From the NCBI GenBank assembly GCA_977017645.1, contig OZ360220.1, positions 277,388,001-277,452,000 on the forward strand: a stretch of DNA of 64,000 nt, in the 5' to 3' direction. The stretch is from Torpedo marmorata. Its lineage: Eukaryota. A program made the translations under genes and the position numbers. Below, piece by piece: positions 11,184-25,298 of this stretch. The notes under the pieces were generated by a model. The model made no database searches and had not been told where the DNA came from. It worked only from the letters and a program-made list of their open reading frames with translations. Each line of letters opens with the position of its first letter. Positions within the stretch are counted from its first letter, which is position 1.

Positions 11184-13860
11184 AGCAAAATACTATTTTC
11201 CTGCATTTGTTTTTTGCTCTGGCAGTCCCTCAATCCCTCATTAGATTGTTTTCTTTTTGGAGCAAAGGGTCATGGTGTATACATCTAAATAGCATTTTGC
11301 ATTATTTCTAGATGAGCGCAACTGTCAAAGCAATATGGGTCTGCCGGTTGTGTTTCCTGTGGTCCCGAGCTCAGATTTGGTGCCACCGATCGGTGCGCAG
11401 ATTAAGAGTGACAGCAGTTCTGCACAGTGCAGCACAGAGCGGCTCTAATTGCCCTGACACAGCCCTGCACTGAGCTAATGCCATGGGGCTATTGGCTTCC
11501 CCGACGTCCTAATGCCTGCCAACTATTCTTCATTAAAGAGACAGCTTCTCTTTTGTCGGCCTATGTACAGCAGCCTTTAAAATAGTCAGAAATCACAGCT
11601 ACTCAACATTTTCCTTTCACGTACTCAAGCCTTGTCATAATTTTCAAGGGATTTCAAATGCATTTAAGTCGATAAAGATGACAGTTGTTTTTGGTGATGC
11701 CAGCTGTCACTTTTTGTGTGTGTTTAACAGTAACTTGATATTACTGAAGCTGTGTATTTGTTTTTGAAAATAAATCAGAAGTACTTCTTAAAGCTCAAGG
11801 ATGTTTAAAGATATGTTAGGTAATTTGGAATCATTGTGAATTTCTGTCAATTGGCCAAAATGACGTGAAGCTATCTTTCTCATAAAAAACATAGTAATTA
11901 GATCAAATCTAAATCCAGAGATTTGTACCCATAATGTGATCTGATTAATATCCACTTATACATTATGCTACACCTTTTAAGTGACTATCTTAATTTTTAA
12001 AGCTAGATTGAAGACGAGACAGTACAAATAAGTACACCATAGCAAATTTTCTGAAAATATTCAAAAAACCTGATCACTATGAAACATCACTCTGAATGTT
12101 TTCACTCTATGCATGTTACAATGTTAACATTTTCTTTTAACTAGTTGCTGATATTTTGTTTTAGAATTGCCTTTTAAATCCTTGACTGGAAAAATTATAT
12201 GATATTTTAAATCAAATGAAATTGCACTGTCACTGTTGTTTTAAGTGATATTTCATTGTCCTTTTCAATTAACTGCAGCTCATAACTGAATTTAAAAAAG
12301 ATATTTTAATACAGTAATTCATATGTTATAGCAAAAATAAAATTGCTTCCTAAGGAAGTAATGTTACAAATTGCAAGAACACAAGAAATTGCATGTTAAT
12401 GCAAGTTTAGTTCCTGCTTTGTCATCTGAACTGGAAGTTCATTTTTCAGTTTTACACTTTGCTAGTTTTTGCTCGCAGAGCTGTGATTCATTGGCTCTCA
12501 AGTAGCGTGGGGATTCGGCTAAAATCTAGGACACAGAAGATTGTAAAATTTGACTAATGTAAAGTGTGTTTTAGAACCATCTTATGAAAATCCTTGGAGT
12601 AATTACTCATTACCTTGTTTAATCATTTGAAAATTGGAGCTTTCTTGAGTGATTTAGAACATGCTCTAATACAAAAGAGGAAGTACCAGTAGATTATTTA
12701 GGATATTCAAATTCCTGCATTGCAGACATTCAAGGCAAAAGAACAGCATAAAAATGCTAGATGAGAATTTATATACATTCTTTTCATTAAATATTTAACA
12801 ATTTGAAGTTTGAGAAATATGGAATGGGTGCAAAGTCATTAATTCAAGTGATTTGTTCAGGTTTCTAATGCTGCTAGTGTTCTGAATGGCTGAAGAGCTT
12901 CATCAGGCTATGTGAATAGGAAAAAGGACCCAGGGGAAGCATTCGTAGCAGCTTTGGTGCATGCGTAGCTCACTCCCATTGAGACAGGTTAGGAGGTTTG
13001 CTGCTGGAGCTTTGATTGGAGTTTACAGTCATTTGACATTTCCAGCACTTTCTGCCAAATGACACTCGTCCCTACTGAATGTGTGCCCCTATTACCTGCC
13101 CACCTACCCCTACATATCACTTTATTCTTTAGGTGTACTTGGAGTTTAAATGTGGAAATTGAAAAATGAACCAGATTAACCTCAAATTCAAGCATTTGAA
13201 TTGATGGCATTAACTTATCTATTATTCTTCATACAAATCAATATTATTCTCATTGCACCTACAATTGAGAAAAGGTAGAAATGGATAATGAAATATTTGT
13301 AACTTTAAATGCATTTAATTTTATTATTAATAAGACAAATGTAAAGGAAAGATTGGTATTTATAATAAAAATCCTTCACTTATTGACTTAAACAATTTAC
13401 TGCATTGCATATTCCTTTTTATTTTGATGTTAAGCTGTTATATTTGTTAAAGCAAGTGTAACTAGTTGGATTTTGAAATATCACAGGCTTACTTTCATAA
13501 AACTATCATAAAGGAAAGAAATCACCTCGACAAGATGAAAGCGTAGGATGACTGACAGCATTAAATGAATAGGAGATTTTCATGCAATTGTGAATGGGGG
13601 CAGTAGGGGGAAAATCTAAAGGAAAATGAATTTTCAAACCAGAAACCTTTAAAACAGAACCGTGATTTTTATTTTTGATAGTTTTCAAATCCATTTATGT
13701 AACTAAAGCACTGAAATGAAAAGTTGTGTTCTCCAGTGCATATATATATCGACCCTTGTTTTTATCTAGCTGTATTGATGACTGATTTTAAAGCATTTTA
13801 GTTTCAAATGACAATGTTGAAATAAATATCTGAATCAAAATAAAGGTTTTTATCACCTTT
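11184..13860 (+). other. FAM172A: Probable FAM172A 3'UTR (3' end uncertain)
   Basis: Follows the stop; AATAAA candidates at 11769, 12336, 13364, 13821 and 13839, the last followed by U/GU-rich sequence. Confidence 0.4.
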
Positions 13861-16800
13861 AGTTTCAGTCCGTGGTGTTCATTAATTAAAAATGTTCAAA
13901 TTGAAAGCAGAATAATTTATTGACATCCGGCATAACAATCTTTGAATGGATTAAATCATTGTAATTCTGAAGGCAAGATCTGAAAGATAGTAGTGCCAGA
14001 TTCAAGTGGTTAGTATCACATTAGAATAATGATTTATCTTGGTTTCTAACCCAGAAATATCTTTTGGTTGAATTTGCTCGAAATTGTAGCTTGTTCCATA
14101 AAGAGCAAATCTTTTTTGTTATTAAGTTTTTGGTATTTTACTCTCCCAGTTGAATTAACTAGGAAGTTGATTATTGAAGTAGAATATGTGAATGGGAATT
14201 ATCAGATGATAAATTTGCCAGTCATTACAGACATGTTCGTTGGAGGATCAGTTGTAAGTATTCATACCATCAAACTTTTCCTGAATTAGAAAAAGAGTTG
14301 CTCATGTTCATTGGAAAGTTTGTAGATGGGACACTATTCTGGATAAGATTCAGAACAGTTTTTCTTAATTAAACTTTCAAACTATAGTCCATTCAAGCAT
14401 ATACACTATGCTGAAAAATGCCATTCTATTGCTTGTTTAACCAAAGTTCACTGCATGGCTATCTCTGGGCAAAATAAAATTTAGTTGGGAAGATACATGC
14501 TGGAATACTGATGATTCCAATATCTGGACTGAAAATGAAAATAGCTAGATACTTTCAGACAGTGTTATCAGTAGGGATTATTGAAATGAAAGTTCATTTG
14601 ACTCAATTATTTCTTAACCTCTGGCAGGATTGCTTTCAAAACTAGTAATCCCTCTCCATTGTTTGATGCAATGGGAAACAAAGCCTTTGTGTCCTTTCTT
14701 CCTTTCACCCTAGTAAGTTATCTGGAAAAGAGGAAAAAATACAGTTTACATTCAAAGTATAATTTGCTGGAAAGGATGTATTTTCAACATGTATAAAATG
14801 TTAAAATTCACACAATTTGAAATTGACTTTATTTTACCTCCAGGAGATTTTGATACTGCATTTCATAAAATTGAAAATGGATGGGTGTCTTGGAAGAAAT
14901 ATAATGTGATCTGAAGTGTTACATTGATAACGTGCGAAAAATTATGAAATTTCTACCCAAAATTCAATGCTAAAGGAAGTGTTACTTTTAGAAATGTTGC
15001 ATTTTGACCAGTTCTTGGTTTTGAGTTAAAACACAGGCAATATTCTAATTGTGCTTCCATTTCGCATGCAAAAATAAGACCACCTAATTTTGATTTTGAA
15101 ATACATTACTTGCATTCAGGTATATTACTCATCTCCCACCTATCTATAAGGTCAGACCAAACTTGCAATCTCACCATCTTAACATCTCAAGACTAATTAA
15201 TTCTGTTAGGAAAGCTCAATTGGCAATACTGTAATAGGCAATCTTCCAGATGTAATAAAGCAGCCTTGTTTCACTATTTTGAAAAATTACATTTTGATTA
15301 AGGCAGAGGGGCAAAAGAACAGTGGATTTTTAAACAGTTTGAGATTTAAGATGGAAAACACTACTTCTGGAAATGAAGAAATAAACCCAGGAGAACATAA
15401 ATTTAAAACATTTTTAAACGGTTGTTTACCTTATTATTAACCTTGCTAGTTGGAAAAAAATTAAGATCTATCGTCCAAAAATCCCTAAGAGTTCGATAAA
15501 CCAAGGGCGGGAGAACCTTTGGTCCATAACAATATGCGATAGGCTATAGGCCTAATGGAAAATATCAGAACTCAATCATTTGCATGATTATGAATTGATA
15601 TAACTATTGATGTCGAGATATATTGTGCGTGGAACACAGTGCATACAACTTCAAATGCATGCACATTTGTTTGGACCTGTGAAAGATTTTCTCCGAACAA
15701 CTTATCTCGCATCATTATCATTGTTACAATCCGTTGGAGTGAAATAATTCATCATGATTCAAAACGGTTAACCCAAGTCGGGCCACCACGTTATTAAAAT
15801 TGGTGTCAAAACTGAAGATAGGAACTAATTGAAGAAGAATCTAATTACACATTACAATAAAAGAAAAATCTTTAAACCTGCAGAGATGCGCCGCGAGTAT
15901 TTTATTGTTTCTTATGTGCAAGCGGGGAGTTTTTAATTCATTTCATTCATTATTGGAGAAATAATGGCGGAATGAACACAAGATCGTCAAAGACTATGAC
16001 GTAAAAACAGGCACAGATACTCCCCTTCTCTGAAAAAATACCCCCAAAATTAGTAACGTGGGGAGAATTATTTTTACACCAATGTATATAAAAACACAAT
16101 AAACCAAATGACCAGCTGCTGTCTAACAACCCTTCCTGTCTAATTGTAGATTGGGAAATTGCGAAGCTCTGATGATATCCATACATAATGGCGTGACTTT
16201 ATAACTGCATCGATAACCACTGCATCTATGCAATGGTTATAAGAATGTAATCATGAGTTCACGATAGTGAAGTGTAAACGGTATGGTCTGTATCACTTGT
16301 TGGAAATGATCAGTTGCAATCACAGGGATCGACATTACATAGGTGATAGTTACAGAGTAGTTAAAATGTATAAAATCAAAGCACGTTTGTTAAGAATGTG
16401 AAAGTTATTAATGGACGTTGTCATTCATTCCATCTGCGAACAAACTCATCGGGGTGCGAATTATCGAGTTTACGAAAACCGCACAGTTGGAAATAAGTGT
16501 CTGATTGCAGCAAACAGCGATCGATAATGAAATCACCCGGATTTTTAAAAATCTGAACAATTAAAAATGCTAAACGAAAAGTTGAATGTACCTCTGATTG
16601 ATTGACAGATACTACTGAAGAACATGGTATATGTTCTACAAGATCTTTCAGAAGCAATCACCCTATCTGCATAAAAGCTGCTAACATTAACGTTTGTGCA
16701 TTTAGCATATACAGTATTTTTTACGGCGAAAGATTCACCTTTTAGGTTCAACCTTTTTAGAGCGAGCAGCACTCTTCGTGTTTGTGAGTTTATTCACTAG

Positions 16801-17824
16801 ATCAGTGACAGCTCTTTATTTGCATAATTATATGCTATAGTCTGAAGTGAAAACTAACCTCCAAATTTCATGGGTCACCAAACTGCAACAATCAATGTTT
16901 TATCATGTATGCTAAGGAAAATCTAAGAAGCTATATAAAGTTTCTTAGGGATTTGTTTTTCTCTGTCTCTCGGAGAGAGAGAAAAAAAGAATATTTGTGT
17001 CTCTTCAAGAGATGTAGAAATCTTTACATCGCTTCTTAGTAACTGAAATCTATTAGTCAGTAATAATAGAGATTAAAATGTACGTGGGGATTTCGGTCTT
17101 TTTGGTTTTACTTCAAAGTAACTCCGTAAAATACGATCCATGTAAAACAGCTAGCGGTTTAAAGCCGTTCCACTCGGTTAATGCAAATAGCTTCGCAAAA
17201 ACTAATTGGATTAATGATCAACTGTATTACACACAGTTCCAAGACATTCTCAAACAAAAATCATGTATTTGTTTACTTACTAGAAATAAAATTATGCCTG
17301 TTTGTGAATATCATTTAAATTTTGGGGAAATAGTAACATTTTAAATTGATATTGACAAAATACGCTTTCATTTTTATATTTTACAGTATCAAAACAGCTC
17401 ATAAAACAGTTTCATGTATATTTTCTATCAACTCGCAAAAGTTAAATTGGGTACTGTGGAACATACTTTGAGATTTTAAAGTCGCTTTGTTTTATTTTTA
17501 AAAAGCTATTTATTTTAATATATAAATATAAAAAAAATAATATTGCCAAAGAAAATACGTAGGTTCTGTATTGTGAAATAAAACAATGCACTTATATAAC
17601 AACTTTTAAAGAGTAAGATAGCACATAAAACATTTTGAAGTAAGACTAGCTGTAATCTCCTACCGGTAACCATTGCCACCATCATCTATAGAAAATAAAC
17701 ATTATTGATATACTTTAACTTTAGAAAAGTATTTGAGGAATAAATGTCGGACACGGCGAAAAGTTAGTTGTTTTCATATTCTACTTTTCGATTTCAATCG
17801 GTTGATTTCAATAATGAGATCGAT

Positions 17825-17975
17825 NNNNNNNNNNNNNNNNNNNNNNNNNNNNNNNNNNNNNNNNNNNNNNNNNNNNNNNNNNNNNNNNNNNNNNNNNNNN
17901 NNNNNNNNNNNNNNNNNNNNNNNNNNNNNNNNNNNNNNNNNNNNNNNNNNNNNNNNNNNNNNNNNNNNNNNNNNN
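17825..17975. other. Assembly gap
   Basis: Run of N. Confidence 1.
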
Positions 17976-20900
17976 CCTAACATCTTCAGGTTTTTTTTAA
18001 TTCATGTCAAATTTAATTTGAACGCCTATGCAAACTTTAATTGCTAATGAATATAGATAAATATCGATAAATAATTTCCTCTATGCTTGAGTAACAACTT
18101 GTGTCAGACTTCTGAACCACCTCATGAACTTTTACCAGTTGATCAACGACTGTTCTTACCATTTGAGAGTTATCTACAGAAGGTCAGTTTAAGATATTTT
18201 CAAAACGATCCTTCGGGTTATGTCTGCAAATATTACGCCACCATTCTATCAATATGGGGGTTAATCACAAATACAAAATTACCAAACTTTAACGAGGTTT
18301 GCACATGACCAATCAATTCTTATAGTAATCATTTTCATTTCATATCAGATTATGCCATTATATGAGCTGTAAGAAAAGTAACATTTATAAGAACAAAATG
18401 CACAGAAAATGCACATTGTTGGACATAACGGTTGTCATTGGAAAACAAGAATTGTCGAATGTGACATAACATCTTTAACCAAAGTACATTTGTTTGTTCC
18501 AAGCTGTTCCTGTACTGGTAGACTCAAAATGCCCTGGAAGGTCATTTGTTTGTAAATGTCTGGGCTAGTGCTTCCTGCTGCTCTTATCTCTTCTCTCAAC
18601 ACCACCCTTCCCCCACCTCACCCACTATCAGCCCAGATCCGTTTTCCGTGGAGCTCAGGTGTTTGCCAGTGCCTTACTCGAGATTGCACTCCAGACTTGT
18701 TAATTAGCTCCACCGTCACCTCTCTTCCATCTACAGTTTTGTTCTCACCTGAGCGGGAAGGATTTTGTCTCGGTGCCAGTACTCTCATATATCCGCAGAG
18801 CTTCTACCTTGTTGCTGTTCACTGACACTATTTCAGGTCGTCGTTCTCTCACGCTGAAGCAGAGAAAATGTTTCCCAATGTTCTTGATGTGCGCTAAGTT
18901 AACTTTCTTTCCACTGTACTGAACAGAACGAAATGTGGACCATACGCTTTTAACGCAGTCTTCAAAGAACCAAAGATGCCAATGATAAATTGGTAACCAA
19001 TAACCAAACCTGATTTTATCACTAAATTTGGTTGAAATAAGTTCCAGTTCAATCGTATATATACGGAATTTCAAATCAAAGTTATATTAAAGTGATTTAG
19101 TTTCGTCAGATTCAGAGTCTCTGATGTTAACCCTACAACGGTCGCTCTAATAGTTATGTTCTATCATCTACACACCAATGTTTTACGGACTACTGGCCCT
19201 GTACTTTGTAAACAGAATCAGATAAATGGACATATTGTTCAAGTCACATGGGTATCCGAATAAAAACTAAGTTAAAATGTTCATTTGTCCATCACGTTTT
19301 AGTGTACAGGTGCCGTTGTTTTTAAAGCATGCATTTTAAACTATAATTTTAGTTTTTTACCAAGTTTTGTATTTTGGAAAAACATAGTATTTGCACAAAT
19401 ATTGCTCCGACGTCTTTTGCACTGGTCACGAGAGAAGGACATTTCACGCGAAAACAAAAGGAAGCGATGGAGATTGGGAGCTGGACAGTTCAATAAGATT
19501 CATCTTCCGTCTCAGTGTGCCTCCTGGTCCAAGAGCCCATTAAATATACTTTAGTGAGGTGCGGTCAAAGTGAAACGGTTACTATTCATCGTAAAACAAA
19601 TAAATATTTTAATTAAATGCCAATCGTTTTTATCTTCACTTCTATTTGTGACTTTGCATTTGCCACATATTGTAAAACTGTATGTTTCGCCAGCAAGAAA
19701 GTATGAAGTTTTGCCATATTCAACCCTCTCGTTGTAATACCTGTATTGATAACCCAGTATAACCTATTATAGTTTTCTCATTTACTCGTATGTCACACCG
19801 TTCTGTATGCAAAAATATAGATGGTAAATTTGAGTTCTAAGTATGTATTAATATATTATATATAAACTGTGTAAATGCGGGGATATTAAAAAAAAATGAT
19901 TTAAATATATATGAGAGTTGGCTCAATATCTATTAAAATTGTTCTGCCTTACATTGACTGTTCACGAGCTAACGAACCCTATTTTACAAAGTAAAAACAC
20001 AAAGCTGGAGAAACTCAGCAGGTCATTTTATTTTTCTATTTTATTCTATTCCTATTTTACAAAGAAAGGTTTAAGTGTCAGAGTAAGGAATGAATGCGTG
20101 GAACGTACTATTTATAATTTGTGCTATTTATAAAATTATGCAGTTTACTAGTTTGCTAGTTTATATATTCTGCATGGAAAATAACTTCTGAGATATATAT
20201 TTTCACGACAATGATCTCAAATAGATGCACAATTCTCTCCCCAGTCACAGGGTTTGAGCTATGCACTATAATGTAATTCATAGTTTTATAATGTTTCAAA
20301 TGTTTTATAATATTTTGATTGGCTAAACTGTTGGATGAGGGAATCGATCATAAATTCTATTCAGTGAAAAATGAAGGAAAACTTCCCCGAGAAAGGAACA
20401 TTAAATGTATGGTTAGAAAACATATTAGAGGGCACTGTTTTATCATGGCACGCGAGAAGAAACTGCATTACGTCTCAAGCAAATAGGTTTTAGGTTAAAA
20501 ATAAGGAACAAACTAGATGATATCATATACAAAACAATATTCAACATTCTGTCAGATTTCAGAAACAGAAAACTTCACTGGAATTGGACTGTTGTATTGT
20601 GTAGAAAGAGATTACATCCCGTTGAAATTTGTCTTGAAAGTGAGGAAAAGGAATCGAACATTTGTTCATTTCCTGCAATGTTAAGCACGAAATACCCAGC
20701 GATTAGCACCATGGACAGCGCAATGCAGTGCTGTAGTAAACTAACCGTGTCCATAGATCTCTCCATAAACATAGAGAATGATGAAAATATCCGGCATTTG
20801 CAATCATATTCTTGAAGAGGGACAGAAACAAACTATATTTCCACTTCCCAAACGTTATACCAATCACATTATCTATCTCATCTAGTGTTTATATAAGCAT

Positions 20901-23900
20901 GCAATGTGTGTACAATGTAAAGTCGTTTCTCTTATTTATGACACACACACACATGATAATACTTATACACACATATTATATAATACATATACATGCATTG
21001 AAAATATATCTTTCTCTGAGTTTGCTCCGGTGGTCATAGATCTATTGTTAATTATATATTGTTATTTTACAATTGCTCTTATGCTTTATTTCATTGTTTA
21101 TTCACTATTAGCATCTTAATTCCATTTGTTTCCTTAATTCTCTTCTCTCTGTTTATTTGGTATTTTTACAGAATGTCGTGTTTTCATATTTAAGGCCATA
21201 TTTATATAATTCATGTGTGGCACACGTTCATGCCACACTGGTCTTTGTTGAATATTCAACCATCGCTGCATTTTCCGAAAGCTTTCTACTAAGCGAGTTG
21301 TGGTTGATTGGAATTTAATACCCTTGAAATAATATAAACAGCCTTTAAATTGAAAATAAATACTTCAACTTTAAAATGTATTTGGTTGTGTTATTAAATT
21401 TAAAAACTGCAAAATATTTAGTGCCAGTAAGTTTACTTCGCCCAGAAATTGAGTATCTTTTGAATTACACCTGAAATTTGTGAGCGGGTTTGCTTTTGGG
21501 AAGGAGCTTTTTGATGGGAGTTGCAGTTTGCTGACAGCTTGTTAATTAAGGCCCCCTGGAGATGATCCTCTGGAGCCACCGCCCGCACCAAGACAGTGCT
21601 AAATATGCAGATCCTGACAGCAACCCAGCAAGATTCGATAGTAAAACAAGCATAAAATTTTTTAAATCCTAATTTATACCTCCTTTTCTCTTTCTCTTCC
21701 TGAATCATAATTCCGCCCACTCCCTTCAACTACTGCAAATTTCTTTAACGCTCAAAATGTATGTACAAAGTAAAAACAGCAATGTTTCGAAGCATTTCCT
21801 CTACCTTGACTTAAAAAAAGCATGTTGTGTTCAGAGTTTACATTCAAAGTTGAGAGTGCATGTTGATTTCCTGTGCAATGATGTTAAGACAACATGGAAA
21901 GGTTTCCACGCATCGAACAACGTTGCACGTCAAATCGCTGCATAACATTTAACTATCGACCTGTTGAACTGCAGGTACTTGATCATTTCAAACAATTGTT
22001 CAGATGGATTGATTATTTAAACACGAGGACGTTTGCACCGTACCCCGAAACTCTGGAAACTTAGACATTTGCCAGATCAATGTTTTATTTTTGTGTGGAG
22101 GTTTTTACCACACCGCCATAGAAAATAATCATTCGAATTTTTTTCTGAAAAATTCCACTGGTTTCAGTATTTTGAATACTCGTCTGTTTATCTATTTTAG
22201 CTCCACAATAAATACACCCTCCCTGTGTATCTCATCAAAGACCAGCAATTTCAAATGGCAGGCATTCTTTCTTCTATTAGCTTCGTACCTTCCCTCACAA
22301 GCTCCAGCTGGAGACAACCTTGTCATGTGTCCAGTGAACCTGGTTAAACCCTTTTCACCTGGGCACGTTTTCGCTTGCAACCCTTCAAAGTCATCTCTAA
22401 ATGATTCTTGTTCTGTGTAGATCATTTGTCAACGTCAAAAACGGACTCGCTTCTATTTATTGAAAGTAAACTGTGATCCCATACTGGGAAGCGCTTCCAT
22501 GATACTTTCATGGAAATCAATATCATATCCAAAATATCACCAAGTACATAAACCGCTTTCAAAGGTGTCGAATGTGTGAAAAGCAATACTACTTTCATCG
22601 ATTGCGATTGGAGGAACTGAAAGTTTCACCTTAACGGTTATAACTTCTAAATAAATGATTCAACTCGAATTATTATTTTTTTTAAAAAATATGCGCTCTT
22701 TATGTGTCAAAAATACGCATTCAGTAAAATGCACATGGAATAGGACAAGATGGGTTGAAACAGGGACGGCATGTTATCGTTTGATAATCCCGTTACATAA
22801 CATTTATTTCTGTTCTTTGACGTGAGTAATTACAATGGCGCAAGCTGAGTTCTAATAACTGATAACATCAATCTTAAGATGTTACCATTTGATCTTAGAC
22901 GGAACCTTCACGGGCAAAATGGAAATAAAATCGCCCCCATTAAACAGAAGTACTGATATTAAAATTCCTAATGAAACTTGGAATATTTTTATTTTTCACA
23001 ACTTAATTTTATACTGAACATTATAATCTTGCCGAGCTTCAAAACTGGTGAAAAAATGTTATGGTCAGAACTGAATGCAAACGCGTTATACGGATGATCG
23101 AAGAGTCGACTGATAAACATTCGTTAACGGGATTGTTTGTACAATTTAAATTCGTCCTTAGATTTTCTAAATGCAGTATACGTTTAAAAATCAGCTTTTC
23201 AAACTTTATTTCAAACTCAATTCAGATCCAATTCCTTTTAAAATCCCCCCAAAACAATTTCCTTTGATTTATTGACATAATCGATCTGTTTGACTTTTTA
23301 ATTGATCAAACAACTTTGCTATGGGTCTTAACATTGAATTCGCCCTTTTGATAACACAAAGTAACCGACGCGGTTTGAAATAATTTTATGCAGGGTCTGA
23401 GTGGCAAAAAAAAACTATTATATTTTTTCTATTTTTTTTAAATTTTACAGATGACGAAAATAACGTGGATAATAATGGTTTTAACGCCGTTTGAACTCTG
23501 GCAAGACAAATCAGGGAAAACGCCATTCAATATCACTTTGGATTAAACACCCATATTGAATTAATAAAGCCCAAATATTTTATGTTAATATTAATTAAAC
23601 TATTTGAAATATAACAATTTTTTTGCTGACAGTAGTTTAATCCTTGTTGTTTTAAACGGGACATTTAATAGTCCAATAAATCGAATTGACTTCGTCGTTC
23701 CTATCCTGCCCTACTATCGATAGTTACTGTGGCAGGGAGACCCCGAGTGCAGGTGTGCAGTGGCCGCTCTCCAGCCGCAACACCGCGGCTCCAATACATT
23801 ACTGCCACGGCGCTGCCTGCAGCCTGCCGTGGTTTTCAGTGCCATCTATTTACCATGTAGCCGTTGCCGGTTCTTTCTGTTTACCCTTTCAAACCAACTT

Positions 23901-25266
23901 ACAAGATCTAAATAATAATAAAATAAGCCTGATGTACTTGAATATAATCTCGTCAACTCACTTCTTGAAAGACAGTTTGACATATTTGCTAAAATAACTG
24001 AACATACCTTTTTTGCATTAAAACGGTGTTTGACAAATTGTTTTGCACAAATACCTATCTATAATTATCAAGCACATTGAAATAGATTAATTAAATGGTT
24101 TCAAAATTAGATTGATTGTAAATTCACTGAAACTGGTTGGAACGCTATGCCGCGTTTCATTTTAAAACGCTATCAATAGGGACATTCAAATGCTGTGAAC
24201 TGCAACCGATTTATAGCCAGCATTCCCATCTTAATGTTTTGTTAGCTTTCATTAATATATATGATTAATCTGCGTGTGTACAAAGGTAACAACTGTAGTC
24301 CGATAAATAGTTAACGAGAGATTGGTCGTCACCAGCATGGGTGAAAGTTATCTGCTCCGCCGAGGAATTATGGTTTGCATTCACTTAAAGCCGAAACTCT
24401 TGGCTGCTAATTCTCGTGCTCCACTTAAACAGGATTCAAGGAAATATCTGCCGCGGAAAGACTAATTATGCGATCTTTAGTCAAAATTTCATTTGATATT
24501 GCAAATCGAATTTTTTCTGCCAAATCGATAAACACAATTAGTTCCTGTAACCCCCGGCAAATTATATATTTTTAAATCAAATTCTGATGCATTTCTTCAC
24601 GAAAAACGACTGTAATGTTTATTAATGCAAGGGGGAAAGTATTTCGTTCTTCACTGGTCAGCGTTGGCTGACTCTTACTCGAAGTCCCATTTTTTAAAAT
24701 CAAAAATGTACCGAACTCATGGCTAAACTCTCTGACCTCAGAGCACAAACGGAATGTTGCGGCGGTGCTGATGTCGAATAAGTCACAAGTTGTTTGAGAT
24801 GTTTGTGTAAATTAGAAAGACAAAATAATTGAGTGGCGAGCATCATTTATTGGAATTTGTTTAGAAAAAAAAAGTTTAAACCGTACCCCTAACCCAAATG
24901 TTGCGATCATAGATATGAAATATACCATTTTTATTGTTCAGGATATTTTAGACTATTGCAACTCAGATGTGGCAATAAAATCCGAAGTGCCTACAGCTAC
25001 AGCTGTTTTAGTGCAAAATGTAATAAAGAGAAACAATTACTGAGCATTATACGCTGTGATCTACATCGACTGTGTATTTAGTGGTGGTGGTGGGGAGTGG
25101 GGAGGGGAGGAAATCAAACGGAATATAGCGAACCGGAAAGTGGAATTTTTTTAAAATCGAAAACACCTGGACAGCTGTGAATGTGCGCAAATGTGTTTGA
25201 AATAAATCTTACAGTGAAACGGTTTAAAGCATCTTCTCTTGCTGTTGCAATTAGGTTGACGAAATA

Positions 25267-25298
25267 TAGCGCCACCCAGCGCACAGGATAGGAACTTA
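25267..25298 (-). promoter_or_regulatory. Candidate CTCF site with upstream module
   Basis: Minus TGTGCGCTGGGTGGCGCTA vs YGNCCASYAGRKGGCRSYR, preceded 5 nt upstream by TAAGTTCC (U-motif-like). Confidence 0.5.

Noticed and set aside
19993-20025. Short AAACACAAAGCTGGAGAAACTCAGCAGGTCA piece resembling a common ray repeat end
   Set aside because: Only about 30 bp; too short to annotate, and it does not alter the TE-depletion picture
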